The translations under genes and the position numbers were made by a program. The notes beneath the pieces are model-generated. The model was not told the DNA's origin, did not search any database, and was given only the letters and a program-made list of their open reading frames with translations. Below, piece by piece: positions 12,040 through 26,424 of a stretch of DNA of 64,000 nt. Within the stretch, counting starts at the first letter, position 1. Each line of letters opens with the position of its first letter. Origin of the DNA: the human T2T-CHM13v2.0 reference genome, Homo sapiens; NCBI RefSeq assembly GCF_009914755.1, contig NC_060925.1. The stretch is one strand, 5' to 3'.

Positions 12040-12129
12040 TAATATTTAACCTCTTGAGAGTCTTTAATTCTTTTTTTCAACAAGTGTTCATTACCTGCTA
12101 TGTGCCAGCTTAGATGCTTTGGATGAAAT

Positions 12130-12205
12130 ACAGGTTGGTGCGAAAGTAATTGCGATTTTTGCCGTTAAAATTAGAAAAACCACAATTACTTTTGCACCAA
12201 CCTAA
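12130..12205. mobile_element. MADE1 (Hsmar1-derived mariner MITE)
   Basis: aggttggtgcgaaagtaattgcgatttttgcc...aaaaaccacaattacttttgcaccaacct is a near-palindrome matching the ~80-bp MADE1 consensus. Confidence 0.93.
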
Positions 12206-13067
12206 ATAACTAAAACACAATTTCTTCCTATCATGGGGCTTTCAGTTCAGTATGAGATAAGTAAAGAATTATATGGGTTGATAAATTTTCTGGAGGAACT
12301 ATTGGGTGTTATTACAGTGTGCTCAATCTTTAGCAGTTAGGAAAGGATTCTTGAAGGTAGTTGTATTACCTGGGTTGGAGGTAAGTGTTGGGGACACAAG
12401 TGTTAGAAACAGAACAGTTTGTTTAAAAGTTGGGGACAAAAAAGGACCAGAATCAAGATTACGGCACCCTGGAGAAAGTTAAGCATGGCTCGGTCATAAA
12501 TTAGGAGACAAGGAACAAATAGAGAAATACGTTTGGATAGAATAGTCAGATTATAGGCTGTGCTAAGTTGTTTGGGCTCCACTAGGGTTTCTAAATGCAG
12601 TTATTGGTAAACTGGACTTAGGAGAAGGGACAGGGTTGACATGACAAATCTAGTGAATTTATGTTCATTAAAATATCCCTTTTGAATTGATTTAGTTTTT
12701 GTATGTTTCTTTTTTATAATTCCAAAAAATCATACAAATAAGTTAAACTTATCCATCTAAAAGCTGCACACAAAACTTGATGTTAGATTCTTTTAAAATT
12801 ACAAAATTAAGACTTCCAAAAGAATCTTGTTGAATAAGAGTAAAAGAAAGACCCTTACTCAGTAAAGCTGCGTAATACTTTGGCAGTTTGAACCCATGGC
12901 CATGCCTCTCTGTGTGATAAGGATTTGGCAAAACCATGGAAGAAACATGCATGTTTTTGAATTGTCTTTCCATGGTAACTTAAAACATTTTTTCATGAAA
13001 CATGGATATATATCCTTAGAAAACTGCAAAACATAAAGCTTGTAAGTTATAAGACAAGATTTATCTC

Positions 13068-13365
13068 TTTTTTTTTTTTTTCTGAGAGAGAGTCTTGCTC
13101 TGTTGCCCAGGCCGGAGTGCAACAGTGTGATCTCTGCTCACTGCACCCTCCGCCTCCCGGGTTCAAGCAATTCTCCCGCCTCAGCCTCCTGAGTAGCTGG
13201 GACTACAGGCGTGTGCCGCCAAGCCCAGCTAATTTTTTTGTATCTTTAGTAGAGACGGTTTCACCATGTTGGCCAGGCTGGTCTCGAACTCCTGACCTCA
13301 AGTGATCTACCTGCCTCAGCCTTCTAAAGTGTTGGGATTACAGGCATGAGCCATGGCACCCGGCC
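13068..13365 (-). mobile_element. Alu (AluS-type)
   Basis: Full reverse Alu with poly-T tail. Confidence 0.97.
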
Positions 13366-13823
13366 AAGATGAAATGTCAAGGCCATTTTAGCCACTATGC
13401 TTTTAAGACTACTTAAAGCTGTGCTTTCAGGTCTCCCCAGGAATACTTGTTCACTCTATACTATTGCTGCTGCTGTTCTGGCTTGAGAATTTTGAGAATC
13501 ACTAAGATACAATTTTAAGTTTTGACATGTAAATTATTTGGTTGAGTAGAAAGAATTAATGTAGATAAGCAAAAACCCCTTTATAAAAAATGCTTACCCT
13601 TTAAAAAATGTTGAATCCTCACAGTATGATTAAATACTACTTGTAAAAGTGTCTGTTAACCATAATGTATTTTTTAGATAATTTGAGTAGAATTATACGT
13701 GCAATATATTCTTGAGTTTGTGACCAACAAAGAAACAGATTAATGATTGAAAATTCACCATACATTACTACCTATGTCTCTCCACCTGCTATCTACTTCC
13801 AATTTTTTATATATATAAAAGTC

Positions 13824-13829
13824 ATTAAA
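13824..13829 (+). terminator. Candidate distal poly(A) signal (ATTAAA) of a long PTBP2 3' UTR
   Basis: ATTAAA followed ~17 nt later by a GU/U-rich stretch (Alu tail). The position fits my unverified recollection of an ~10-kb UTR isoform. Confidence 0.4.
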
Positions 13830-13845
13830 GTCATTTGTAATTGAG

Positions 13846-14129
13846 TTTGTTTTTTTTTCTTGAGACAGGGTCTCACTCTGTCACCCAGGCTGGAGTGCAA
13901 ATGGCATGATCACAGCTCACTGCAGCCTCAACCTCCCAGGTTCGATAGATCCTCCCACCTCAGTCCCCCACAGGCATGCATCACCATGCCTGACTAGTTT
14001 TTGTGTTTTTTTGTAGAGACAAGGTTTTGCCATGTTGCCCAGACTGGTCTCAAACTTGGGCCAAAGCCATCCACCTGCCTCGGCTTCCCAATGTGCTGGG
14101 ATTACATGTGTGAGCCACCACACCCAGTC
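13846..14129 (-). mobile_element. AluJ
   Basis: Reverse Alu with J-type features (gatcacagctcactgcagcctcaacctcc, gtagagacaaggttttgcc). Confidence 0.93.
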
Positions 14130-16034
14130 ATGAGAATTATTTTAAATCAGGTAAACAAAATGTCTGTGGGAATATTGAGCTTTATGATAGATACCTAAGT
14201 TTTCCCAAAAATAATTGTGTTAGCATTTCAGTGAATCACTATACTTAACCTAGAAATCTAGGTTACCAATAACAGTCTCTTTCAGGTTTTTTTCTTTTCC
14301 TGTGTCTTTCTTTTTACTAAAATCATTCATAACTGGGATGACTTATGGAGTTGATACCTTAGGTCAAATCCCAATTTAGAAACTCCCAAAAGCCTGTCAA
14401 ATTTTGACACATACTTTAAATGAACTGTTATTGAGTAGATATAATTTAGTTGTAATAGTTTAATAGTGTTTGACCTATCCAAACAGATAAAAGAACTCAT
14501 TTTATTCAATCTGTATTTAATATATTTACTGCATAAATCTCAGACCCTCTTCGTCTAGCACATGGCCCTAATAAATGAAAAATAAGTGGCAAAATCAGTC
14601 CAAATTTTGTTTTCACTTATCTATTTTCACTAAATTGTGTATCTAAACACAATATACACAAGTACTAATCTGCCAGTAACAAGGTTTTCCTTTTTTTTTA
14701 AGAATAGCTAGGATTTTGTTTTCTGCTGGGGTTGGAAAGCTGAAGTATGTGGTTCCTTGTAGAATTGTTAAGGCAAACTATAGGAAGCAATTGAGATTAT
14801 AAAACAAGACACACAAGAACATAGCAACATTATTTAACATGTAAGAAGATTATGTAAGAAGAAAGAACACAAACATGGTTACGTATGTCCTTTTCCATCT
14901 GCGCTACTCTCAACAATCAACTTCATGCATTGGGATCTGGAATCGTGGTGAATTTTTCTCTTTTCAGCTTCCTTTTAAAAAAAAAGTATTTCCTAAGAAG
15001 CCAATAACAGCTATTTGACAATTTGCTGAAAATTTGAGGTTCAGTATAAAAAACTAAATTTATACTGTTTTCATTTGCTGTGATGAAGACATGACAAAAT
15101 CAGAATGGTGTTCCTGCCCATGGACTTAATCTAGCTTTGTTAGATTTGCAGTGCAAGAAGAGGACATACAACCAACACTAAAAGTAAACCATCCATCTGG
15201 TAGTCCTTCAGTGAAAAAAGAGGATGGAGCAAGGAATGTTTTTTGAATTTTATCCTTCTTGGTTCTGGCCCCTTATCTAGCTGTCTTATTTCTGACACAA
15301 TTTTATATTAACATTTCTTCTGTCTTTTAGATGTAAGTCTTACACATTTTTATCATAAGATCTAAATGCATTTTTGCACTAAAGAGCCAGAACTTTCAGC
15401 TGTCCCCCATCTTTGTCCTGAAGTACCAGCACTGGAACTTCTGTTTTCATTTTTCAGATTAGGGCTTAGTAAAGCTTCAGGAAATGACACTCCTGTTGGA
15501 GCAGTGGCAGCAGGAAAACAAATCTGATGTCCAGTAGGCTGGATTTAAAGGTGTGGTCTTGTAGTAAGTAATAGCTAGAGCTTAGAGAATATTTTCTAGC
15601 CACATTCACTATGCCGAACTCTGTATGCATTGGCTGATTTAATTCCTGTGGCAAATATTACTTCCATATTAGAGAAAACAGGTTCAGTAGGTGTTAACTA
15701 CCAAGGTCATATAGCAGATGGTAAAGCCTGAACCTGTATTTTAAACTCTGATTCTCCCGCTGTCATCCCAGGCCACAAGCTTTTAGTGATAACACTTTAT
15801 CATAAGCCTCCATAAATATGCAGAATTTTCATTTGACACATTTATTTATCCTGTCTCATAGCCCTGCCTACTTAAGGCTCAGGTAGGGACAAACAAACAC
15901 AAAGCTGGGCTCACTTTCCAGTGGAGGTGAGCCAGTTGCAGAGACCAGGTGATAGCATTCTTTGCTTTTTACTCTTCAAGTTGGGTAGGTACACCAGAAT
16001 CTCGACTCTGCCTAAAAGGAATGTATGTGTGTTC

Positions 16035-16040
<6 letters not shown>

Positions 16041-16088
<48 letters not shown>
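16041..16088. repeat. (GT)24 microsatellite
   Basis: Perfect GT run, directly visible. Confidence 0.98.
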
Positions 16089-16092
<4 letters not shown>

Positions 16093-16394
16093 ATAAAATA
16101 GTTACAGTCTGCTTCAGCCATACTAGCTGCTTTCTAACAACATATACACATTTTTTGTTTTTGGAGTTAGGTTTTTGTGTTTCTCTCTCCCCTCAGCTTG
16201 CATGCTTCTAGCTCTCTGATCTCCACATATCTTTCCAGAGTCATTAAATTTCCCCTCCTCTGTAGAGCCCTCTCTGATGTCTAGAGACTACATGGCTTTC
16301 TGTACTATTTGGCTGATCACATTATTCATTCAAAACAGACTTTATGAATGACCTCTGATTACCAGGAATGCATTTGTAATTAGGGCCTGAATTT

Positions 16395-16581
16395 ATGATT
16401 CTCTTATTTGTGGCCCTTGGACCAGTATCAACATTACTTGAGAACTTAGTATAAATGCATATTCTCAAGACTCACCCTAGATCTACTGAAATACAAATTA
16501 GGAGGGGTGGGGCTCAGCAATTTGTTTTTTTAACAAGCCTTGCAGATGACTCTGATGGACACCAAAGGTTGAGAATCATTG
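16395..16581. mobile_element. MER5A
   Basis: 'gtggcccttggaccag...aaatgcatattctc...ctagatctactgaa...ggggtggggctcagcaatttgttt..taacaagcc...ttgagaatcattg'. Confidence 0.8.
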
Positions 16582-16892
16582 GCTTATACAACAAGGCCAC
16601 TGATTTTCCAACACTTACTACCTGTGCTGGCTGTGAGGCTCTGATCACCTAGTATGTCTGTTACTTACCCCAGTGTAGTGAAGCCTCAGTCCACTCTGAG
16701 TTTTGCAATATGTTCACCTCCATTTCCACTCGGAACCTATTTGTACTAACTTCAACATCTACAGACCTCTGATTTCTCAAGGCGTCAGCCTACACTGGCT
16801 TATAAAACAGGCCTTCAGTGACCAGTTTCTTTCAACTTTCAACACTACCTTTGGTTTTAGCACATTAATAATAGCTACTATTTAAGAATTGC

Positions 16893-17206
<314 letters not shown>

Positions 17207-17989
17207 TTATACGATTTCCAAAGTCACAGAGTCTGTACGTGGTAAAGCTGTAATTCTAACAGCAATTCTTTAGAGCCTGCACTCATCTGCCGCACTTCGC
17301 TCTTTCTAACCCTTGAGTCAGCCAAGTGCACTCAGATCACTGCCCACAATGTCCGTTCCTCAAATCATTTCTCATCTTCCACCTCACACTCACCCATATA
17401 CTTTTCTGTGCTTTTTTTTTTTCTGAACCAACTTCACCACTGCTACTATCTCCTTGACCTTTTTAGTGGGCCTGTGGAACGCTGTTCCTCATGCCATGGT
17501 AAACAAAACGTATCCTTAATGTTCATAAAATGTGTCTTCCTTGATCTTGTCTTAACCAATACTAACCTAGTTCTGCCCGTTTTGTGTGCATCCCAGAGGA
17601 TCAGAAAGTAGTGCATGTTCTTTTCTCTCAATGGCTGCTTCTCGTCATATTCTACTTTCAAGTAAAAATTCTTGCTTCAATGAAACATTTACATCTGACC
17701 ATGCTCTCTTCTACCCATTTTCATCTTTACAACCCAGCAACCTCCTGTTCACTCCACATTCATTGAAAACTTTTGCACCTAGCCTTTTGTCCATTATCAT
17801 CCAAGTCCTTATGTCCTGATTATTCTGATTTCCTGTTTATCACTTAAACATATTTTTATGGAATATGTTTTCCTTAGAGTTCCTTGTTCACCTAAACTCC
17901 AGGGACCCAGACTTCCACCACACTTGAGTCGTGTGTGGTCATGATGTTTTCCAGAACTGGTTTACCTCTGAACACTTGAAGATTAACAA

Positions 17990-18095
17990 ACATCTTGGGG
18001 ATTTTTGTCTTTCTTTTCATTGTTGTATCCCCAGTACCTAAAACAGTACTTGGGACATAGGAAGTGCTTAGTAAATAACCTATTGGATCCATGAA
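17990..18095 (+). mobile_element. L2 3' end fragment
   Basis: 'ttcattgttgtatccccagtacctaaaacagtacttgggacataggaagtgcttagtaaata' is a typical L2 terminus. Confidence 0.7.
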
Positions 18096-21000
18096 TTACA
18101 GCTTTCAATTTTTCAATTCCAGCATATCTGATTTTTGAAAACATAGTCTGTGTTCCTTGATTCCTCCCAGTTCTTCTACATAGTCTGGAACCAATGACAG
18201 GTTATCTGAACCATTCACTAAGATCTTCATTATCCTTATACTTGTCTGCTTATGCCACACCTGCCCCACAAATCCCAACCCAGATCAGTATCAAACTCTA
18301 TATTCTTTGTATTGCTAGGTACAATTGAACAAAATCTTACATCCTTGCAGATTAGCTCAACTCATCTGAGTCTTTAGCAACATCATTTAAACATTTGAAG
18401 GATCAGGTTCAATTCTCTTTTCTTATCCCCCTTAGCTTATATATACATTTTCCCAGCTTTACCACTAGCAAATACTTATGGATTACTGAACATGACATTT
18501 TGTACATGTTTGTCCTTCTGCTGGAATGTCCTCCCCCTTTCCCAGCTTGCTGATGTATATGTACTCCTAAGACTGAATTATTTTATGTGAGTCCTTCCTG
18601 ATTTCTCAGCCTAGCCTTGGTAATTTGTACTCTGCTAACAAACTCTGTTTATTTGTATCACTGTACTTTCCAAATTCATTCAAGTAAAAATTACAAAAAT
18701 GATCTATAGTCTAGCAAAGAAAACATAAGCCATACCAATATATATAACCATGGTAGTATGATTTATGTTTATAAATATATAATATGTATGTATATAAATA
18801 TATATAGATATATATTTATATAAATTGTGCCATGAGAGCACATGGGAAGGATAATGCTACAGAGGAAGTGACATTCCATTAGGGTACTGAAGGTTAGGTA
18901 ACCATTTGCCAGAGGAGAAAAGGATAACGTGCACATCTTGGTTAGATACAGTAAAAAATATGTGCAGTATAGTGGAAAGACATATTACGTTTAGTTCATA
19001 TGAATAGTTCAATATTGATGGCAGGTGGGAAGTGGCAAGAAATAAAAGTGGGAAAGCTGATAGGTCTCATTTCTATAGATAGAAATAGTCAATATTTAAG
19101 CAAGAGCTTTATCTCATCAGATTTGTATTAGAAAGGGAACTGGTAGGAATGATGAGGATGAATTACAGTGAAGAGAGCCTGCAGTAATTGAGATCAGTCT
19201 GAGAAACTCTTGAAGTAGTGCAGGCCAAAGATAATGCTATCAGCTCGGGCAGTGGGATTGGAGAGAATTTGAGAAATTCTTTATAGATGGGTTGAAGGAT
19301 TGACTAAATGAGAAAATGTGAAGGAGAAAGAAGAGCTGGTGACCAGAAGGTTAAGCTATTATTTTTTAAGGAAAAAATTAGAAAAAGTAGTTCTTGTAGT
19401 ATAGTCTGAGTGTGAAAGCTAGTGATTTTCACATTAGTTTAAAGAACTATTGAAACATCTATTGGATTATAAAAGCATAATATGAATCACAGAGAATAGG
19501 TGAGAGTGAAGATAATATTTAGAGAGTCTTTGGCCATACCATGTAGATAATAGTTTAAGCAGTGGGAGTGAATAAGATAAGACTATCTCTAGAGAGTGGG
19601 TAGATATTTATATTTTTATCTGTTTCATGTTCTATCAGTTATCTCTGTCCAAGTAGACTGTGTGCACCTTGAGGGCTGAGACTGAGTCAAATTTTGTATG
19701 CCTCTAAAAGTGCAGCAGCAGAAAATGATACTTTCAACATGAATGAATATTTGCTTAAGAAGTTTTTTTCCCTCTTTGCTCCTTTATGTTTAAAGCCCTT
19801 TTCTTTCTTTGCTTATGTACTCTTTGTTAAATTCAGCACAGAGAGTAATTTAGACAGTAATTTCTGGCAAGGTGCAGAACGTAATGAAATTCCACCACAG
19901 GGAAAAATTTGAATGCTCTGTGGAACCTACTCTGGGCAGAGTTTCTTTTCACCTTAGAGATTTTTCAAGAACATTAAAAAAGTCATTTTTTTTTGTAAAG
20001 TGATGATGATGTAACTTCTATTGTTATGCTTTGAAGCTAAAATATATGCTAATTGGAATGGATACAGTATATAAATAGGGTACTGCGTGGTTTTCACCAA
20101 ATGTATGAAAAGGGGCTTAGACTATCACTGCTTATTCTATAATGATATAAATTACTTACAGATATGCTGTCATAGAAAAATTGCACAATTCTACATCTAT
20201 ACATCTATACTCTATGTCAATAGGCTGACTCTATGCTTGTAGATACGTGTTACAATTTTATTCCTTTATATTTGGCATTTTTTCCTTCATATTTTCCTCT
20301 AACTGGCTTAGGTGAGGTGGGTTTTTCTTTTCCCCCTTCTTTTCTTTTTTTCCCTACACTCTTTTTGTTCCATTAAAATCTAAGAGTTAAATAAGCAATT
20401 TTCTAAGGTGTCCTTGTCAGGCAACATTATGGAAATTATTTGAATATCATTGCTAAGCCAGGTGAGCCTTTAAAAATGTAAATAATTTGCAATACCATGA
20501 ATCTAGCTGATGAAGAGCAACCTTAATGCAGATTGATTTATTAGAATCTTATCCTGATTAGTAATTGCTTCAAAATCTCTTTTCTATGGTTCAGTTTATC
20601 ATTTTATTCCCAGATCTTAATATATACCTGTATAACTATCAAATTTGTAATAAGCATTTTACATCATTAGTTACCCCATACTTTTCCAGCCAGTCAGAGA
20701 GGGCCAATAACTGTACAGTTTTTACATCGATTGACTGCTCACACTTAGTACATCATTGGTATTATTAATGATCTGATTCATAAATATTTGAAAGCTTTGC
20801 ATTGGTTCTACTCAGCACTGTTTTCCTCATGGTATTCTATTTTAAAATATATAGTATAGCCACAAAACAACATTCAGGTCACTGACTTTCAGGCTTGCAT
20901 TCATTCTTTAATATTACTTTAAAAGGTATAATCATGACCTTGAAGCATATTGAACTTGAGCTTTGCCTGAAATTCACAAACATGATTATAATTTCAAGAA

Positions 21001-22588
21001 ACACTGCCTTAAAGTTGCCTTATTCCTGTAATTAAGCTGCTAGAAATTTCATTTATTCTCAAGTTAAATCTCAGGAAACCTATTTTATCATAGGAAATCA
21101 GTCAGTGCTAAAACACTGCTTTGATTCTATAGTTCAAACTTATTCATGTACCTCCTGAGAAAATCCTTTCAGTCAATCACAGAAATTTTATTGCCTATTA
21201 TATTTATTTTTAATATACATTTAAATTTAGCATTCTCTGAGGGTAAGTACCCTGTGTGTTGCTACTTTTATCGTGTGAATGTCTTCTTTTATTTAACTAT
21301 AGATACATCACGAAGTTTGCCATATTCTACACGTCACAGACTTTGGTTGTATAGTGCTAGTAGGATTTAAGGACAATACATGTTAACTCAAAAATCTGTG
21401 GTTATGGCTGATTGGTAGTTATCTATTTAATGGTTAAGAGATATACTATGTGCTATACAAGAATGTTTTGCACTTTGGAATTAACATGACGTTATTTTGG
21501 CAGTTATGATTATCATAAGAACCATGATTTACTGATGACAAGTTTAATACTTGCTATGTTCCTGAAAATGTTAGGACAGATCATTTATTAAAATGAGAAC
21601 AAATGCATATCTCTTTTAAAATGTTCACTTGTAGCTCAAAATCTTATGCATTGAATGTCCCAAAAATATCCTTTCATGAAAACAAAAGGCATTAATTTTT
21701 ATCAATTTCTCAAAATGTGACTACTTGTCTTTAAAAATGCGTAGTTATATAAACAATTTTTGTGCTAGTATCTATTACTTTAAAAGTAACTTATTCTTAA
21801 ATTGAGGTAACATATTTCAAAAATCAGGAGATAATATACACCACAGTATTGCAGATAAAATATGATTTCTCTTTGTGTATTCATCTAAAAATTGTTTTTG
21901 TACCTAGAAGTATGTATAAGTTTATTTGTTCAATGCTATACCTTTTCTTCTGAAGTGCAGGCTAGTTTCATTCCATTTACGTTTTATTTAGCAAGACTTT
22001 GTGAGGCCTAAATAGACTACTTATTTGAAATAATAGAGTACTAGAGTATAAAATGAACATGTCATTTCTGAAGTCAATAGGGAAGAAATGACAAACTGAA
22101 AGGATCCTAGCTAGAGTGAAAAATTAAGCATCTTTTTCCCCCAGATAGTTGTATTAAACTGTTTTTCTTTCAGTTGATTACATAAGATATAGTTCAAAGA
22201 TGCTACACTGGAACTTAAAAGTAAATAAGCACTTCTTAAATAAAAAGTATTTATCTATTTATTTTGTTGATAAGGAAGCCTATTTGTGCAACCTAAAGAC
22301 TGTGTCACCTCTGATCCATTATATTTATTTAGTACAATTGTACTTTTTCATCTATAAAATGTCCATTTTATCATGAAAAATGTTTTGTTGTAAAGTCAAA
22401 ACTTAATACATAAGGGAACACATTTAAAAGTAGTTTAGGAGAATGAGCCAGTATTGAGAATGATTTAAATCTGACCTTGAATAAATCATTTAACTATTTA
22501 ATGGATAAATTTTCTCATGAATAGATTGACTATATTTAATTGATAGTTTTAGAGAAACTAAAATATCTTTCTACATAGAAAAAAAATC

Positions 22589-22754
<166 letters not shown>

Positions 22755-24079
22755 AAAAAAAAATATTTTCATCTATCTTTCCATTTCTGTAGGAAATGCT
22801 ACACATTTTTTAAAGAATGCTGACAACAAATAATGTTTTTGATTATAAAATAAGTGGAAATTTTATCTCTGATGGAAGAAAAGAATCACAGGATAGTTGA
22901 AAAAAATCATACTGTGATGTAGCTGAAAAGAGCTAGGCTCCTAAGTAGTATCTAGTCTTAACTAGTTTAAGGACCCTGAATAGTGCCTGTGTCCTGAAAA
23001 TCATGGTTGCTTGGAAGATCTCTACAGGACTTAAAAATCTAACGTCTTTAGTTAAGATCATCACAGACTGAGAATATGTTTAATATAAAATGATAAAGGA
23101 GAGCTCCTTGGAACATTACCACAGTTGTTTCAGAGAGATGGAGTCCTTTAAAGAGTACATCAGGCAGGATCCAAATGGCAAGTTTCTTCAAAACTTACTG
23201 CAAATAACAGTTGTTTGGTAGCGTGTTTTGTCTTTACGGTCTATGTAGTCTCATAAGCAGACTTCTTCATTTACATATCTGGGCTATGGATCCAAAGATA
23301 AAGATAGGCTCACAACTATTAGATTGAGGCCATCACTTACTGCGTCCTCAATGCTCCATATCAGTCATTTTACTTGACCTTGATGAACTCCTACTCCCCT
23401 CCTTCTCCTCCTCACATTTACTCAAGCCTACTGTCTAATAAACATGCACACACACAGGTAATATGTATGTACACATGTGGTTCCACTCAGTAAAGGATCC
23501 TGTGACACCCTTCCTCTCTTCCCATCCCAAATTTGTAATCTAAATAGGAAACATCAAGTGAGACTCCCAACTTCTGTCTGCCAACATCACTGTCACATAT
23601 GCACTTCTCTGCAGTCTCAGAGAATGAGCCCATTCTATACCAGGATAATTCCTCTCAAAGCCCTCTTCCTACACTTTTAAGAACTTTTCTGTGAATCACC
23701 CTCTTTCATCAATCTCTAAATTGTCCCTTTGTATTCTGTCTCAGCGTATAAACATGTTCAAATTGCCTAGAACAATCACACACACATACACACCTTCTTT
23801 GGTCTTATTTCTCCTTCTAAATACAATTTAATTTCACCTTCCCTTCTCATTCAAACTGCTTATAGGTATAATCTATATTCAATATTTCAATGCCTTATTC
23901 CTTTTTTAGTCAACTGCAGTCTGACTTCTGCCACCAACATTCCACAGAAACTGCTCTCACTAAATTATTAATGACCTTCTAATTGCCAAATTTACTATGC
24001 AAGTGGTTTACATGTATCAATGCTTGTAGTCCTCTAACATCCTATTACATGTATATTCTTATCCTAGTATTGCTTAGGA

Positions 24080-24272
24080 CAGGAGTCATCAAACACTGGC
24101 TGGTCCACAGACCAGCCTTCCTTTTTTTGTAAATACATATTTATTTCTGTACTGTCTATGGCTTCTTTTATGTCACAATGGCAGAGCTGAATGTTGGAAC
24201 AGAGACCTTATGGTTTGCGTGGCCCAAAATATTTACTATCTAGTCCTTTACAGAAACACTTGTCAGCCCCTG
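24080..24272. mobile_element. MER58A
   Basis: 'tgtctatggcttc...acaatggcagagctgaat...acagagacc...aaaatatttactatctagtcctttacagaaa...cccctg'. Confidence 0.8.
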
Positions 24273-24732
24273 GCCTAGGGAGTTGAGCCTGGCTGGTCTT
24301 GTGTGAGAGCAGAAGAAATGTCTGCTATGCTTAGGTTGAGGGACTGGACACAACCACTAAGCACATAATAAGCAAATGATTTCCCATGCATTCAGAGTGG
24401 CAGAAGAGTGGAGGAAAGCCTAAGACAGACAGGTGAGTTTTTCACAACTTATATATGGCATGGATGCAGCAGAACAATGACTATACAGAAATAACTAAGA
24501 CTACCATCAGGGCTTGGGGGAGCCAGCACAGAAATGAACAAAGGATGGCCCCTCAGTTTCCCGCATGATCCAGTGACCAGGGACCCAAAGGGATGACTAA
24601 TGTTATAACAGATGCTAGTCTGGACTAAGAACCTACACCACAGACCAGGTATTCTTGACTTGCCATGCCAATGCCCAATGTCCCTTTAAAGAATGGCAGA
24701 GATGGGAGAGTGGAGACCTTATATCCATTGCT

Positions 24733-24790
24733 TCATTCATTCATTCATTCATTCATCCATTCGGACATTCAACAAATACTCATAGAACCC
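24733..24790 (-). repeat. (TTCA)n, L2 tail-derived
   Basis: ttcattcattcattcattcattcatccattc...cattcaacaaata. Confidence 0.75.
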
Positions 24791-26386
24791 ATATTATCTT
24801 CCAAAATGGATCTAAGAATGGGAAGAACAACATTAAAAAAAAAAAAACTTTTGCTTAATCGTTTTCACTATGAAAGACTGTGTAAGAAGTTTAAACAATG
24901 TTGAACTTCCCCAAAATATCACCAGACAACCTGTTAATGAAACAAAGATAAATTCATTAGAGCTTACTGCAATAAAGGAGAACACCACCTTGACAGTTTT
25001 AAGAGTGGTTCAGAAAGGAGAAGTCAAAAATTAAGTGTTGTATGACTTTGAGTTTGAGCTCAAGTAGTTTAAGGCAGGCCTTTCAAAGTGGGCACCTGAA
25101 ATTGCCCACTTTGAAATTATTATAAAATTTTTCAGGATTAGTGAACATGGGAAATTGAGAATTTTGAAGAGAACTTTGATAAGTAAGCTGTGGTTGATGA
25201 GTGAACAGTTCATTGTCTCTGATAAATTGTTCTCAGGGGATTTCCTAAAGAAAACAATGAAGTTATTTATTGGCTAACAGCCTTGCCTTTTCCTCACAAA
25301 AATTTTCTGTAACAAACAGTTCATGCTGACTGACATAGTGGGTCTGCTGTCATCTACATCATATTACCACAGATGCCCTCGATGCTCATCAAAGTCCTCG
25401 TGGAGCTTCCATTTAGAAAGGGATGTCAGGCAATGAACAAATTATACCTACATCTGTCTATCTAAATCTGTCCATCATCTATCTGCTATATCATCTCAAA
25501 TAGTGGCAAATGCAGTGGACACACAAACACACGCAAACAAAAAATGGAAAGAGATTGGAATAGAGTTAGGGAGTGCTATTCTGTATCATGTGATTAAGAG
25601 AGGCTTCATTGATAGAGGAACATTTGAGCAGCATTCTGAAGGGTGTGTGAGAGAGCCACAAAGACTGGGCTAGGAATTGCCTGAGGGTATCTTCACCACT
25701 TTAGAAGCAAAGGCTCCACAATTAGTTCAATCAGAGAAAAATACAGTTACATTTCTTTCTCACCTGAGACTGAAATTTGTACCTGCTCTTCCAATAAAAC
25801 GCCCAATCTGCATTTTTCCCCTTTTTCTGGCCTTCCTGCTTTAGCCTCCCACCATCCTGTCTCAACTGTTCATCTATTTTTCTGAGTATATCTCACCTCC
25901 CCCAGCTCTGCGGCAGGAAAAAGCAGCTTTGGCCTTTCATATCTCCAAGTTTCTGTTCCACGTTTCATCATGCTTCACTCCCCTCTTCCACTTACTGAAC
26001 TTCCCACACTTTGCTGCTCAGGAAACATTCCTTTCCTCCTCTCGCCCGGGGCACACATAGCCTCCTGGCCTGGGCAGACCACCAGGGGATGGTGAGAAGC
26101 CATGGCACTTGATACTGAGGCACAGATGGGTGAGAGTGTCCCTAGCAGACAATGTTAGGGCTGTAAGACGCAGCTGAGCTTTCCTGACACCTAGTTCTTA
26201 CCTGTTGAGCCAAGAAGACTGTCTCAAGCCATGTGTGGAATGTAAGGCTTTAATCTCAGACCCTTAGGTCTAAATTTTTAATTTCATATAATTATAACTT
26301 ACACTCCTGTAGCACTTTGCAGTTTGCAATACATTCCTACGTTCATTTAGGCTTGATACAAAACTTTCAGAGGTAGCTCAGCCAAT

Positions 26387-26424
26387 GAGGAGGAGGAGGA
26401 GGATGATGATGATGATGATGATGA
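26387..26424. repeat. Compound (GAG)n(GAT)n trinucleotide repeat
   Basis: gaggaggaggaggaggatgatgatgatgatgatgatgac; next to a MIR-like relic and not in a credible ORF. Confidence 0.9.

Noticed and set aside
18791-18822. 15-bp AT-only inverted repeat
   Set aside because: Low-complexity (TA)n sequence is self-complementary by nature
24890-25330. LTR-like stretch (a similar one lies at ~34070-34530)
   Set aside because: Resembles old ERVL/MaLR LTR sequence, but I cannot assign family or boundaries without Dfam
26079-26092. CCACCAGGGGATGG, CTCF-like
   Set aside because: Mismatched at the critical GGCGC end
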